From Escherichia coli (GTDB lineage: Bacteria; Pseudomonadota; Gammaproteobacteria; Enterobacterales; Enterobacteriaceae), in the NCBI RefSeq assembly GCF_041248615.1, contig NZ_CP158426.1: DNA of 64,000 nt; one strand, 5' to 3'. The notes under the pieces are model-generated. The model saw only the letters and a program-made list of their open reading frames with translations, was not told the DNA's origin and made no database searches. Position 1 is the first letter of the stretch, and each line of letters starts with the position of its first letter. The position numbers were made by a program, and so were the translations under genes. Below, one piece after another: positions 14,364 to 25,175 of this stretch.

Positions 14364-15323
14364 TTGGCGCGGGTTGTTTTTCGTGACGCACGAATTTATC
14401 TCATTCAATGGCTGACAAAAATTCGTCACACTCTTAACCAGAGACAATCTCTTAATACAGACAAAGAGCATCTGCGAAAAATTGTACGCGCGATGTTCTG
14501 GCTGATGCTGCTTATTATTTCTGCAAAAGTGGCGCATTCACTCTGGCGCTATTTCTCCTTTTCTGCGGAATATACGGCGGTTTCCCCATCGGCGAATAAA
14601 CCGCCCCGTGCAGATGCAAAAACGTTCGATAAAAATGACGTGCAATTAATCAGCCAGCAAAACTGGTTTGGCAAATATCAGCCTGTCGCCGTGCCGGTAA
14701 AACAACCTGAACCTGCGCCTGTGGCAGAAACACGTCTTAATGTGGTGCTGCGCGGGATCGCCTTTGGTGCCAGACCCGGCGCGGTTATTGAAGAAGGCGG
14801 TAAACAGCAGGTCTATTTGCAGGGTGAAACGCTTGGCTCGCACAACGCAGTGATTGAGGAAATCAATCGCGACCATGTGATGCTGCGCTATCAGGGAAAA
14901 ATAGAGCGCCTGAGCCTGGCAGAAGAGGAGCGTTCCACCGTAGCCGTGACCAACAAAAAAGCCATCAGTGACGAAGCAAAGCAAGCTGTTGCTGAACCTG
15001 CTGTCAGTGCGCCAGTTGAGATTCCGACTGCCGTGCGTCAGGCACTGGCGAAAGATCCGCAGAAAATTTTTAACTATATCCAGCTTACGCCTGTGCGTAA
15101 GGAGGGAATTGTCGGTTATGCAGTGAAGCCGGGGGCAGATCGTTCTCTGTTCGATGCCAGCGGTTTCAGGGAAGGCGATATCGCCATTGCGCTCAATCAG
15201 CAGGATTTCACTGATCCACGAGCAATGATTGCTCTGATGCGGCAGTTACCTTCAATGGATTCCATTCAACTTACGGTTTTACGCAAGGGTGCGCGCCACG
15301 ACATTTCCATCGCGCTGCGCTAA
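14364..15323 (+). CDS. gspC: Type II secretion protein GspC (YghF-like); start codon uncertain (TTG at 14364 or ATG at 14493)
   Basis: It has an N-terminal transmembrane segment (FWLMLLIISAKVA) and a C-terminal PDZ-like region, and sits immediately upstream of gspD. Confidence 0.8.
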   Translation: MARVVFRDARIYLIQWLTKIRHTLNQRQSLNTDKEHLRKIVRAMFWLMLLIISAKVAHSLWRYFSFSAEYTAVSPSANKPPRADAKTFDKNDVQLISQQNWFGKYQPVAVPVKQPEPAPVAETRLNVVLRGIAFGARPGAVIEEGGKQQVYLQGETLGSHNAVIEEINRDHVMLRYQGKIERLSLAEEERSTVAVTNKKAISDEAKQAVAEPAVSAPVEIPTAVRQALAKDPQKIFNYIQLTPVRKEGIVGYAVKPGADRSLFDASGFREGDIAIALNQQDFTDPRAMIALMRQLPSMDSIQLTVLRKGARHDISIALR

Positions 15324-15352
15324 CCGCATTTAATCCAGGAGAATCATTCATC

Positions 15353-17413
15353 GTGTTTTGGCGTGATATTACGTTGTCGGTCTGGCGTAAGAAGACAACT
15401 GGCCTCAAAACAAAAAAGCGTTTACTGCCGCTGGTGCTGGCAGCGGCATTATGCAGTTCACCGGTCTGGGCGGAAGAAGCCACTTTCACCGCTAATTTTA
15501 AAGATACCGACCTGAAATCGTTCATCGAAACCGTCGGCGCTAACCTTAATAAAACCATCATTATGGGGCCGGGCGTACAGGGGAAAGTGAGTATTCGCAC
15601 CATGACCCCGCTCAATGAACGCCAGTATTACCAGCTATTCCTTAACCTGCTGGAAGCACAGGGGTATGCCGTCGTACCGATGGAAAACGACGTGCTGAAG
15701 GTGGTGAAATCCAGCGCCGCGAAAGTCGAGCCACTGCCGTTGGTCGGTGAAGGTAGCGACAACTACGCGGGCGATGAAATGGTCACCAAAGTAGTGCCGG
15801 TACGTAATGTGTCGGTCCGCGAGCTGGCACCGATCCTGCGCCAGATGATCGACAGCGCGGGGTCTGGAAACGTAGTTAACTACGATCCCTCCAACGTAAT
15901 TATGCTCACCGGACGCGCCTCCGTCGTGGAGCGCCTGACGGAAGTGATCCAGCGCGTGGATCACGCGGGTAATCGCACTGAAGAGGTGATCCCGCTGGAT
16001 AACGCCTCGGCTTCGGAAATCGCCCGCGTGCTGGAAAGCCTGACCAAAAACAGCGGCGAGAACCAGCCAGCAACGCTGAAATCTCAAATTGTCGCCGATG
16101 AACGCACCAACAGTGTGATTGTCAGTGGTGATCCCGCCACGCGGGACAAAATGCGCCGCCTGATCCGTCGGCTGGACTCAGAAATGGAACGCAGCGGCAA
16201 CAGCCAGGTTTTCTATCTCAAATACAGCAAAGCCGAAGATCTGGTCGATGTGCTGAAGCAGGTCAGCGGCACGCTCACGGCGGCTAAAGAAGAGGCGGAA
16301 GGCACGGTCGGTAGCGGGCGTGAGGTTGTCTCCATCGCCGCCAGCAAACACAGTAATGCCCTGATTGTTACCGCGCCGCAGGACATCATGCAGTCGCTGC
16401 AAAGCGTGATTGAACAACTGGATATTCGCCGTGCTCAGGTGCATGTCGAGGCGTTAATCGTGGAAGTTGCTGAAGGCAGCAATATCAACTTCGGCGTGCA
16501 GTGGGCGTCGAAAGATGCCGGATTAATGCAGTTTGCTAACGGTACGCAGATCCCTATCGGTACGCTGGGCGCAGCGATTTCTCAGGCAAAACCGCAGAAA
16601 GGCTCGACGGTGATCAGTGAAAACGGTGCTACCACCATAAATCCGGATACTAACGGCGATCTCTCCACGCTTGCTCAGCTTCTTTCTGGCTTTAGCGGTA
16701 CGGCGGTTGGCGTGGTGAAAGGCGACTGGATGGCGCTGGTACAGGCGGTCAAAAACGACTCCAGCTCGAACGTGCTCTCCACGCCGAGTATCACCACGCT
16801 GGACAACCAGGAAGCCTTCTTCATGGTGGGCCAGGACGTTCCGGTATTAACTGGATCTACCGTTGGCTCCAATAACAGCAATCCTTTCAATACGGTAGAG
16901 AGGAAAAAAGTCGGCATCATGCTGAAAGTCACGCCGCAGATTAATGAAGGTAACGCGGTACAGATGGTGATTGAGCAGGAAGTCTCGAAAGTGGAAGGGC
17001 AGACCAGCCTCGATGTCGTGTTTGGCGAGCGCAAACTGAAAACCACCGTGCTGGCTAACGATGGTGAGCTGATCGTGCTTGGCGGTCTGATGGACGACCA
17101 GGCGGGAGAAAGCGTGGCGAAAGTGCCGCTGCTGGGTGATATCCCGTTGATTGGTAACCTGTTTAAATCGACGGCGGATAAAAAAGAAAAACGTAACCTG
17201 ATGGTGTTTATCCGCCCGACCATTTTGCGTGACGGTATGGCGGCAGACGGCGTGTCGCAGCGCAAATATAACTACATGCGCGCTGAGCAAATCTACCGCG
17301 ATGAGCAAGGCTTAAGCCTGATGCCGCACACCGCGCAGCCGATATTGCCAGCGCAAAATCAGGCCTTACCGCCGGAAGTACGCGCGTTCCTCAATGCCGG
17401 GAGAACGCGTTAA
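15353..17413 (+). CDS. gspD: Type II secretion secretin GspD; start uncertain (GTG)
   Basis: 686 aa with a signal peptide ending ..SPVWAEEA. It has N0-N3 domains and a secretin C-domain (..[14 protein letters not shown]..). Confidence 0.92.
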   Translation: MFWRDITLSVWRKKTTGLKTKKRLLPLVLAAALCSSPVWAEEATFTANFKDTDLKSFIETVGANLNKTIIMGPGVQGKVSIRTMTPLNERQYYQLFLNLLEAQGYAVVPMENDVLKVVKSSAAKVEPLPLVGEGSDNYAGDEMVTKVVPVRNVSVRELAPILRQMIDSAGSGNVVNYDPSNVIMLTGRASVVERLTEVIQRVDHAGNRTEEVIPLDNASASEIARVLESLTKNSGENQPATLKSQIVADERTNSVIVSGDPATRDKMRRLIRRLDSEMERSGNSQVFYLKYSKAEDLVDVLKQVSGTLTAAKEEAEGTVGSGREVVSIAASKHSNALIVTAPQDIMQSLQSVIEQLDIRRAQVHVEALIVEVAEGSNINFGVQWASKDAGLMQFANGTQIPIGTLGAAISQAKPQKGSTVISENGATTINPDTNGDLSTLAQLLSGFSGTAVGVVKGDWMALVQAVKNDSSSNVLSTPSITTLDNQEAFFMVGQDVPVLTGSTVGSNNSNPFNTVERKKVGIMLKVTPQINEGNAVQMVIEQEVSKVEGQTSLDVVFGERKLKTTVLANDGELIVLGGLMDDQAGESVAKVPLLGDIPLIGNLFKSTADKKEKRNLMVFIRPTILRDGMAADGVSQRKYNYMRAEQIYRDEQGLSLMPHTAQPILPAQNQALPPEVRAFLNAGRTR

Positions 17414-18906
17414 TGGTGCCTGTAGCACAGGAAACCACCGCTAACACCGTGCGTCTGCCCTACAGTTTCAGCCGTCGGTTTAGCCTGGTGGCATGGTGCG
17501 AAGCGTCGCTGGAGATCCTCCATGTTCATCCGTTGTCGCTCTCTGTTTTGCAGGAGCTGCAACGGGGGCTGAACGCGCCCTTTACGCTGCGGCAAATCGA
17601 CGAGGCCGAATTTGAACAGCGGCTGAATGCGGTCTGGCAGCGGGACTCTTCCGAAGCTCGCCAGTTGATGGAAGATCTCGGTTCCGCCGAGGACTTCTTT
17701 ACCCTCGCAGAAGAGCTGCCAGAAACGGAAGATTTGCTGGAAAGTGACGACGATGCGCCGATCATCAAACTGATCAACGCCATGCTGGCAGAGGCGATTA
17801 AAGAAGGCGCTTCGGATATCCACATCGAGACGTTTGAAAAGAGTCTGGTGATCCGTTTTCGCGTTGACGGCACATTACATGAAATGCTGCGCCCGGGGCG
17901 CAAACTGGCCTCGCTGCTGGTATCGCGTATCAAGGTGATGGCGCGGCTGGATATTGCCGAAAAGCGCGTACCGCAGGATGGACGTATTGCGCTGCTGCTG
18001 GGCGGTCGGGCGATTGACGTGCGTGTCTCCACCATGCCTTCTGCCTGGGGCGAGCGCGTGGTGCTGCGACTGCTGGACAAAAACCAGGCCCGCCTGACGC
18101 TGGAACGTCTGGGGTTGAGTCAGCAACTGACCGTGCAGTTGCGCCAGCTGTTACACAAACCGCACGGTATCTTTCTGGTGACGGGGCCGACGGGTTCCGG
18201 CAAAAGCACCACGCTGTACGCTGGATTGCAGGAGCTGAACAACCATTCGCGCAACATTCTCACGGTTGAAGACCCCATCGAATACATGATTGAAGGGATC
18301 GGTCAGACGCAGGTTAACACCCGCGTCGGCATGACCTTCGCCCGTGGCCTGCGCGCGATTTTGCGTCAGGACCCGGATGTGGTGATGGTCGGTGAAATCC
18401 GCGATACCGAAACCGCAGAAATTGCCGTCCAGGCATCGCTTACAGGGCACCTGGTACTTTCCACGCTGCATACCAACACGGCGGTGGGGGCGATCACGCG
18501 TTTGCAGGATATGGGCGTGGAGCCTTTCCTGCTCTCTTCCAGTCTGACGGGCGTGATGGCGCAGCGGCTGGTTCGCACGCTGTGTCCCGACTGCCGCCAG
18601 GCCCTGCCTGCCACTGACGAAGAAAAACGCCTGCTGGGAATTACCGACGCCCGTACTGTCACGCTGTACCATCCACAGGGCTGTCCCGCCTGTAATCACA
18701 AAGGTTTTCGCGGACGTACTGCCATCCATGAGCTGATCGTGGTGGATGCCACATTGCGTGATTTGATCCACCGTCAGGCCGGGGAACTGGAGCTGGAACG
18801 TTATGTCCGGCAACACTCTGCGGGTATCCGCAGCAACGGCATTGAGAAAGTGCTCGCCGGAGAAACCTCTCTCGATGAAGTTCTGCGGGTAACCATGGAG
18901 GCGTAA
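17413..18906 (+). CDS. gspE: Type II secretion ATPase GspE
   Basis: 497 aa with Walker [10 protein letters not shown] and a tetracysteine motif (CPDC...CPAC). Confidence 0.95.
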   Translation: MVPVAQETTANTVRLPYSFSRRFSLVAWCEASLEILHVHPLSLSVLQELQRGLNAPFTLRQIDEAEFEQRLNAVWQRDSSEARQLMEDLGSAEDFFTLAEELPETEDLLESDDDAPIIKLINAMLAEAIKEGASDIHIETFEKSLVIRFRVDGTLHEMLRPGRKLASLLVSRIKVMARLDIAEKRVPQDGRIALLLGGRAIDVRVSTMPSAWGERVVLRLLDKNQARLTLERLGLSQQLTVQLRQLLHKPHGIFLVTGPTGSGKSTTLYAGLQELNNHSRNILTVEDPIEYMIEGIGQTQVNTRVGMTFARGLRAILRQDPDVVMVGEIRDTETAEIAVQASLTGHLVLSTLHTNTAVGAITRLQDMGVEPFLLSSSLTGVMAQRLVRTLCPDCRQALPATDEEKRLLGITDARTVTLYHPQGCPACNHKGFRGRTAIHELIVVDATLRDLIHRQAGELELERYVRQHSAGIRSNGIEKVLAGETSLDEVLRVTMEA

Positions 18907-20129
18907 TGGCACTGTTTTACTATCAGGCGCTGGAGCGTAATGGTCGCAAAACCAAAGGCATGATTGAGGCAGATTCCGCGCGTCATGCCCGCCAGTTGTT
19001 ACGCGGTAAAGAGCTTATTCCCGTGCACATTGAAGCCAGGATGAATGCTTCGGCAGGGGGAATGTTGCAGCGTCGGCGGCACGCACATCGTCGCGTGGCG
19101 GAGGCAGATCTGGCGCTGTTCACGCGCCAACTGGCAACGCTGGTGCAGGCAGCAATGCCGTTGGAAACCTGCTTACAGGCGGTCAGTGAGCAAAGTGAAA
19201 AACTGCATGTGAAAAGCCTCGGAATGGCGCTGCGCAGCCGGATTCAGGAAGGTTACACCCTGTCGGACAGCCTGCGCGAACATCCCCGCGTCTTTGACTC
19301 CCTGTTTTGTTCGATGGTCGCTGCCGGAGAAAAATCCGGACATCTCGACGTGGTGCTCAATCGCCTGGCGGATTACACCGAACAGCGGCAGCGTCTGAAA
19401 TCACGCCTGCTGCAGGCCATGCTCTACCCGCTGGTACTGCTGGTGGTGGCAACGGGCGTGGTCACTATTTTGCTGACGGCAGTAGTGCCGAAAATTATCG
19501 AACAGTTTGATCATCTCGGACACGCGCTGCCCGCCTCCACCCGAATGCTCATCGCCATGAGCGACGCGTTACAGGCCAGCGGCGTGTACTGGCTGGCGGG
19601 TTTGCTGGGGCTTCTGGTGCTGGGGCAACGGCTACTCAAAAATCCTGCGATGCGCCTGCGCTGGGATAAAACCTTGCTGCGTTTGCCCGTGACGGGGCGT
19701 GTTGCGCGCGGACTGAATACGGCGCGTTTTTCCCGCACATTAAGCATCCTCACCGCCAGCAGTGTTCCGCTACTGGAAGGCATTCAGACCGCCGCCGCCG
19801 TGTCGGCAAATCGTTATGTCGAGCAACAACTGCTGCTGGCGGCAGATCGCGTCCGCGAAGGAAGCAGCTTGCGCGCCGCGCTGGCGGAGTTGCGCCTGTT
19901 CCCGCCGATGATGCTGTACATGATCGCCTCCGGCGAACAGAGCGGTGAACTGGAAACCATGCTTGAACAGGCCGCAGTCAACCAGGAACGGGAATTTGAT
20001 ACCCGGGTGGGGCTGGCGTTAGGGCTGTTTGAGCCTGCTCTGGTGGTGATGATGGCGGGCGTGGTGCTGTTTATCGTCATCGCCATCCTCGAGCCGATGC
20101 TACAACTGAACAATATGGTTGGAATGTAA
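18906..20129 (+). CDS. gspF: Type II secretion inner-membrane platform protein GspF
   Basis: 407 aa with the duplicated GspF-type domain architecture, translationally coupled to gspE. Confidence 0.93.
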   Translation: MALFYYQALERNGRKTKGMIEADSARHARQLLRGKELIPVHIEARMNASAGGMLQRRRHAHRRVAEADLALFTRQLATLVQAAMPLETCLQAVSEQSEKLHVKSLGMALRSRIQEGYTLSDSLREHPRVFDSLFCSMVAAGEKSGHLDVVLNRLADYTEQRQRLKSRLLQAMLYPLVLLVVATGVVTILLTAVVPKIIEQFDHLGHALPASTRMLIAMSDALQASGVYWLAGLLGLLVLGQRLLKNPAMRLRWDKTLLRLPVTGRVARGLNTARFSRTLSILTASSVPLLEGIQTAAAVSANRYVEQQLLLAADRVREGSSLRAALAELRLFPPMMLYMIASGEQSGELETMLEQAAVNQEREFDTRVGLALGLFEPALVVMMAGVVLFIVIAILEPMLQLNNMVGM

Positions 20130-20145
20130 TTTACGGAGTTATCAC

Positions 20146-20601
20146 ATGAATTCGTTATCCCGCACACAAAAACCACGGGCAGGTTTTACCCTGCTGGAAG
20201 TGATGGTGGTGATTGTTATTCTTGGCGTCCTGGCAAGTCTGGTGGTGCCTAACCTGTTGGGCAATAAAGAGAAAGCGGATCGGCAAAAAGCCATCAGCGA
20301 TATCGTGGCGCTGGAGAATGCGCTGGATATGTACCGACTGGATAACGGGCGTTATCCGACTACCGAGCAGGGGCTTGAGGCGCTGATCCAGCAACCGGCC
20401 AATATGGCGGACGCCCGCAACTACCGTACCGGTGGATACATCAAACGACTGCCAAAGGATCCGTGGGGCAATGATTATCAGTATCTCAGCCCGGGTGAAA
20501 AAGGGCTGTTTGATGTTTACACCCTGGGGGCAGATGGTCAGGAAAACGGGGAGGGCGCTGGCGCAGATATCGGTAACTGGAATTTGCAGGAGTTTCAGTA
20601 A
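20146..20601 (+). CDS. gspG: Major pseudopilin GspG
   Basis: Translation reads MNSLSRTQKPRAGFTLLEVMVVIVILG, a prepilin leader plus the G/FTLLE cleavage motif. The ORF-track start at 20119 was rejected in favour of the ATG at 20146. Confidence 0.93.
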   Translation: MNSLSRTQKPRAGFTLLEVMVVIVILGVLASLVVPNLLGNKEKADRQKAISDIVALENALDMYRLDNGRYPTTEQGLEALIQQPANMADARNYRTGGYIKRLPKDPWGNDYQYLSPGEKGLFDVYTLGADGQENGEGAGADIGNWNLQEFQ

Positions 20602-20604
20602 TCA

Positions 20605-21168
20605 GTGCCTGAACGCGGATTCACACTTCTGGAAATCATGCTGGTGATTTTCCTTATCGGCCTTGCCAGTGCGGGCGTGGTACAGACGTTTGCGACCGCT
20701 TCAGAGCCGCCTGCGAAAAAAGCGGCGCAGGATTTTCTGACTCGCTTTGCGCAGTTTAAGGACAGGGTAGTGATCGAAGGGCAAACACTCGGTGTACTAA
20801 TCGATCCTCCTGGCTATCAGTTTATGCAGCGTCGTCAGGGGCAGTGGTTGCCCGTTTCTGCGACCCGGTTATCGGCACAGGTTACGGTGCCGAAACAGGT
20901 GCAGATGCTGTTACAACCCGGCAGTGATATCTGGCAGAAGGAATATGCGCTGGAGCTGCAGCGTCGTCGCCTGACGCTGCACGATATTGAACTGGAGCTG
21001 CAAAAAGAGGCGAAAAAGAAGACGCCGCAGATCCGTTTTTCGCCTTTTGAACCCGCCACGCCGTTTACGCTGCGCTTCTACTCGGCGGCGCAAAACGCAT
21101 GTTGGGCGGTAAAACTGGCACACGATGGCGCGTTATCCCTCAATCAATGTGATGAGAGGATGCGATGA
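20605..21168 (+). CDS. gspH: Minor pseudopilin GspH
   Basis: It has the prepilin N-terminus ERGFTLLEIMLVI and a GTG start. Confidence 0.88.
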   Translation: MPERGFTLLEIMLVIFLIGLASAGVVQTFATASEPPAKKAAQDFLTRFAQFKDRVVIEGQTLGVLIDPPGYQFMQRRQGQWLPVSATRLSAQVTVPKQVQMLLQPGSDIWQKEYALELQRRRLTLHDIELELQKEAKKKTPQIRFSPFEPATPFTLRFYSAAQNACWAVKLAHDGALSLNQCDERMR

Positions 21169-21536
21169 AGCGCGGATTTACCTTGCTGGAAGTGATGCTC
21201 GCGCTGGCGATTTTTGCGCTGGCTGCCACGGCGGTGTTACAGATTGCCAGCAGCGCGCTGAGTAATCAGCACGTTCTTGAGGAAAAAACGGTAGCGGGGT
21301 GGGTGGCTGAAAACCAGACCGCGCTGCTCTACCTGATGACCCGCGAGCAGCGGGCGGTCAGCCATCAGGGCGAGAGCGATATGGCAGGAAGCCGCTGGTA
21401 CTGGCGAACCACACCGCTGAGTACAGGCAACGCGCTGCTCCAGGCAGTGGATATTGAAGTCAGCCGTCACGAAGACTTTTCGTCGGTGATTCAGTCACGA
21501 CGCGCCTGGTTTAGCGCCGTGGGAGGCCAACAGTGA
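21165..21536 (+). CDS. gspI: Minor pseudopilin GspI
   Basis: The N-terminus reads MKRGFTLLEVMLALAIF, 123 aa. Confidence 0.9.
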   Translation: MKRGFTLLEVMLALAIFALAATAVLQIASSALSNQHVLEEKTVAGWVAENQTALLYLMTREQRAVSHQGESDMAGSRWYWRTTPLSTGNALLQAVDIEVSRHEDFSSVIQSRRAWFSAVGGQQ

Positions 21537-22138
21537 GAAGGACTTGCGCTGGTTTCACGTTACTGGAAATGCTGGTGGCAATTGCCATTTTTGCCTCGCT
21601 GGCACTGATGGCGCAGCAGGTGACTAACGGCGTCACACGCGTGAATAGCGCCGTCGCCGGACACGATCAAAAACTAAACCTCATGCAGCAAACAATGAGT
21701 TTTCTGACCCACGATCTGACACAAATGATGCCGCGTCCGGTAAGAGGCGATCAGGGCCAGCGTGAACCAGCGTTACTGGCGGGCGCTGGCGTTCTGGCGT
21801 CTGAGAGTGGAGGAATGCGTTTTGTGCGCGGCGGTGTGGTTAACCCGTTGATGCGTCTGCCACGCAGCAATCTGCTCACCGTCGGTTACCGCATTCATGA
21901 CGGTTATCTCGAACGGTTAGCCTGGCCGCTGACCGATGCCGCAGGCAGCGTGAAGCCGACAATGCAAAAGTTGATTCCGGCGGATTCGCTCCGCTTGCAG
22001 TTCTACGACGGCACGCGCTGGCAGGAGAGCTGGTCGTCAGTACAGGCGATCCCTGTGGCAGTGCGCATAACCCTGCATTCGCCGCAATGGGGCGAAATTG
22101 AACGCATCTGGTTGTTACGCGGGCCGCAATTATCATGA
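21533..22138 (+). CDS. gspJ: Minor pseudopilin GspJ
   Basis: It has the N-terminus AGFTLLEMLVAIAIF, 201 aa, and a GTG start overlapping gspI. Confidence 0.88.
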   Translation: MRRTCAGFTLLEMLVAIAIFASLALMAQQVTNGVTRVNSAVAGHDQKLNLMQQTMSFLTHDLTQMMPRPVRGDQGQREPALLAGAGVLASESGGMRFVRGGVVNPLMRLPRSNLLTVGYRIHDGYLERLAWPLTDAAGSVKPTMQKLIPADSLRLQFYDGTRWQESWSSVQAIPVAVRITLHSPQWGEIERIWLLRGPQLS

Positions 22139-23112
22139 TCACCTTACCACCAAAACGCGGAATGGCACTGGTCGTGGTGCTGGTATTGCTGGCGGTTATG
22201 ATGCTGGTGACCATCACGCTTTCCGGGCGGATGCAGCAACAACTTGGGCGAACGCGCAGCCAGCAGGAATACCAGCAGGCGCTGTGGTACAGCGCCAGTG
22301 CAGAAAGCCTGGCGTTGAGCGCACTCAGTCTGAGCCTGAAAAATGAAAAGCGCGTGCATCTGGCGCAGCCGTGGGCTTCCGGCCCTCGTTTTTTCCCACT
22401 GCCGCAGGGGCAAATCGCCGTCACTCTGCGTGACGCACAGGCCTGCTTTAACCTGAATGCCCTCGCTCAGCCGACGACGGCGTCGCGTCCGCTCGCGGTA
22501 CAACAACTGATTGCCCTGATCTCGCGCCTTGATGTACCTGCTTATCGGGCCGAACTGATAGCCGAAAGCCTGTGGGAGTTTATTGACGAAGACCGCAGCG
22601 TGCAGACGCGTCTGGGTCGTGAAGACAGCGAGTATCTCGCCCGCTCGGTGCCGTTCTACGCCGCTAATCAACCGCTGGCGGATATCAGCGAGATGCGCGT
22701 GGTGCAGGGAATGGACGCCGGGCTTTATCAAAAACTGAAACCGTTGGTCTGTGCGCTGCCGATGGCCCGCCAGCAAATCAACATCAATACCCTGGACGTC
22801 GCGCAAAGTGTGATTCTTGAGGCGCTGTTTGACCCGTGGTTAAGCCCTGTACAGGCGCGGGCGTTATTACAACAACGTCCGGCGAAGGGCTGGGAAGATG
22901 TCGATCAGTTTCTTGCTCAGCCGCTACTTGCAGACGTCGATGAGCGTACTAAAAAACAGCTAAAAACCGTCCTGAGCGTGGACAGCAATTACTTCTGGCT
23001 GCGTTCAGATATCACCGTGAATGAGATTGAACTGACGATGAATTCGTTAATTGTCCGCATGGGCCCACAACACTTTTCTGTTCTCTGGCATCAGACAGGA
23101 GAAAGTGAGTGA
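22135..23112 (+). CDS. gspK: Minor pseudopilin GspK
   Basis: 325 aa with an N-terminal hydrophobic helix (GMALVVVLVLLAVMML), in the canonical position. Confidence 0.88.
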   Translation: MITLPPKRGMALVVVLVLLAVMMLVTITLSGRMQQQLGRTRSQQEYQQALWYSASAESLALSALSLSLKNEKRVHLAQPWASGPRFFPLPQGQIAVTLRDAQACFNLNALAQPTTASRPLAVQQLIALISRLDVPAYRAELIAESLWEFIDEDRSVQTRLGREDSEYLARSVPFYAANQPLADISEMRVVQGMDAGLYQKLKPLVCALPMARQQININTLDVAQSVILEALFDPWLSPVQARALLQQRPAKGWEDVDQFLAQPLLADVDERTKKQLKTVLSVDSNYFWLRSDITVNEIELTMNSLIVRMGPQHFSVLWHQTGESE

Positions 23113-24287
23113 GTTCCATGCTTGAGATTTTTTTCCCGCTTTGCGCCGCTGATCCCATCCGCTGGCAGCGCCGTACACCCGACGTGGAGTGCGGCATCTG
23201 GCCTGACGTTGCTGATGAATGTCTCCAGCAATGGCTGCAAACTGATGCGATTCGACTCTATATTCCCGGCGAATGGATCAGCGTCTGGCAGGTTGAACTG
23301 CCTGATGTGCCCCGTAAGCAGATACCGACGATTCTGCCCGCCTTGCTGGAAGAAGAGCTGAACCAGGATATCGATGAACTGCATTTCGCCCCGTTGAAAA
23401 TCGACCAGCAACTGGCAACCGTAGCTGTGATTCACCAGCAGCATATGCGCAACATTGCGCAATGGTTGCAGGCAAACGGCATCACCCGCGCTACCGTCGC
23501 GCCAGACTGGATGTCCATTCCTTGTGGGTTTATGGCTGGCGATGCGCAACGGGTTATCTGCCGCATCGATGAATGCCGGGGATGGAGCGCCGGGCGGGCG
23601 CTGGCTCCGGTCATGTTCCGTGCACAGCTCAATGAGCAGAATTTACCGCTTTCGCTAACCGTGGTCGGCATTGCACCGGAAGAACTATCTGCATGGGCTG
23701 GTGCGGACGCCGAACGCCTGACCGTTACGGCTCTGCCAGCCATTACCACTTATGGCGAACCGGAAGGGAACCTGCTAACAGGGCCGTGGCAGCCTCGTGT
23801 CAGCTACCGAAAACAGTGGGCGCGCTGGCGGGTGATGATTCTGCCGATATTGCTGATTCTGGTTGCGCTGGTAGTGGAACGGGGCGTGACGTTATGGAGC
23901 GTCAGCGAACAGGTGGCGCAAAGCCGCACCCAGGCGGAAAAAAAGTTCTTAACACTGTTCCCGGAGCAGAAGCGGATTGTGAATTTGCGTTCCCAGGTGA
24001 CGATGGCGCTGAAAAAATATCGCCCGCAGGCCGACGATACCCGGCTGCTCGCAGAATTGTCAGCGATCGCCAGTACCCTGAAATCAGCGTCACTTACCGA
24101 CATCGAAATGCGTGGTTTCACCTTTGATCAAAAACGCCAGACGCTTCACCTTCAGCTACGGGCTGCAAACTTTGCCAGCTTCGACAAACTGCGTAGCGCA
24201 CTGGCGGCAGATTATGTTGTGCAACAGGACGCGTTACAGAAAGAGGGTGATGCGGTTTCCGGCGGCGTAACGTTGCGGAGGAAATAA
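23109..24287 (+). CDS. gspL: Type II secretion protein GspL (start GTG at 23109 or ATG at 23118)
   Basis: 392-aa bitopic protein with a central transmembrane segment (WRVMILPILLILVALVV), in the canonical position. Confidence 0.88.
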   Translation: MSSMLEIFFPLCAADPIRWQRRTPDVECGIWPDVADECLQQWLQTDAIRLYIPGEWISVWQVELPDVPRKQIPTILPALLEEELNQDIDELHFAPLKIDQQLATVAVIHQQHMRNIAQWLQANGITRATVAPDWMSIPCGFMAGDAQRVICRIDECRGWSAGRALAPVMFRAQLNEQNLPLSLTVVGIAPEELSAWAGADAERLTVTALPAITTYGEPEGNLLTGPWQPRVSYRKQWARWRVMILPILLILVALVVERGVTLWSVSEQVAQSRTQAEKKFLTLFPEQKRIVNLRSQVTMALKKYRPQADDTRLLAELSAIASTLKSASLTDIEMRGFTFDQKRQTLHLQLRAANFASFDKLRSALAADYVVQQDALQKEGDAVSGGVTLRRK

Positions 24288-24288
24288 C

Positions 24289-24825
24289 ATGTTACGCGAT
24301 AAATTTATTCACTATTTTCAGCAATGGCGTGAACGCCAGTTAAGCCGTGGCGAACACTGGCTGACACAACACCTGGCGGGGCGTTCTCCGCGTGAAAAAG
24401 GCATGTTACTGGCAGCGGCGGTGTTCCTGTTTAGCGCCGGATATTACGTCCTCATCTGGCAGCCGTTGAGCGAACGGATAGAACAACAGGAGACGATGTT
24501 GCAGCAGCTGGTGGCAATGAACACCCGACTGAAGAGCGCCGCGCCGGATATTATTGCAGCGCGAAAATCTGCCACAACAACGCCTGCGCAGGTATCGCGG
24601 GTCATCAGTGACAGTGCTTCCGCGCACTCGGTGGTCATCAAGCGGATAGCCGAGCGTGGGGAGAATATTCAGGTCTGGATAGAACCTGTGGTGTTTAATG
24701 ACCTTCTGATATGGTTAAACGCACTGGATGAAAAATATGCGCTGCGGGTGACACAAATTGATGTCAGTGCTGCTGAGAAGCCTGGGATGGTGAATGTGCA
24801 GCGGCTGGAGTTGATAAGAGGATAA
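24289..24825 (+). CDS. gspM: Type II secretion protein GspM (YghD-like)
   Basis: 178-aa ORF with a single N-terminal transmembrane segment. It is the last gene of the cluster. Confidence 0.88.
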   Translation: MLRDKFIHYFQQWRERQLSRGEHWLTQHLAGRSPREKGMLLAAAVFLFSAGYYVLIWQPLSERIEQQETMLQQLVAMNTRLKSAAPDIIAARKSATTTPAQVSRVISDSASAHSVVIKRIAERGENIQVWIEPVVFNDLLIWLNALDEKYALRVTQIDVSAAEKPGMVNVQRLELIRG

Positions 24826-24866
24826 GTGTTCCAGTAAATTCCTTACCTGTGAAATTCAGTCCGAAA

Positions 24867-24897
24867 GGTGAGTGTATAATCTTCTTATCCACTCACC
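24867..24897 (+). terminator. Hairpin downstream of gspM (possible operon terminator)
   Basis: An 8-bp stem GGTGAGTG / CACTCACC encloses a 15-nt loop. It is followed by an AT-rich tract but not by a clean U-run. Confidence 0.3.
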
Positions 24898-25175
24898 GAG
24901 TTAAATATTTTTGCAATAAGAAATATCCCACTTCCGCCATCACTGAATGTTCTGCAAAACGACAGATACGAGTTCTCTCCTGAAACAGCCCTGCGTCCTA
25001 TAAATATGCTTACGTGTGGCAATACATCATGATTATTAATAGATGCAATGAATCATTAGGTAGCAATTGATAGGTCAAAACATATAGGATAATTCTTGTG
25101 TGATCTGTATGTTGTGTAGCCTGGAAATTAGTAAAATTCCTGGAGATAATCAGAGAGGGAATTTCAAATAGTATA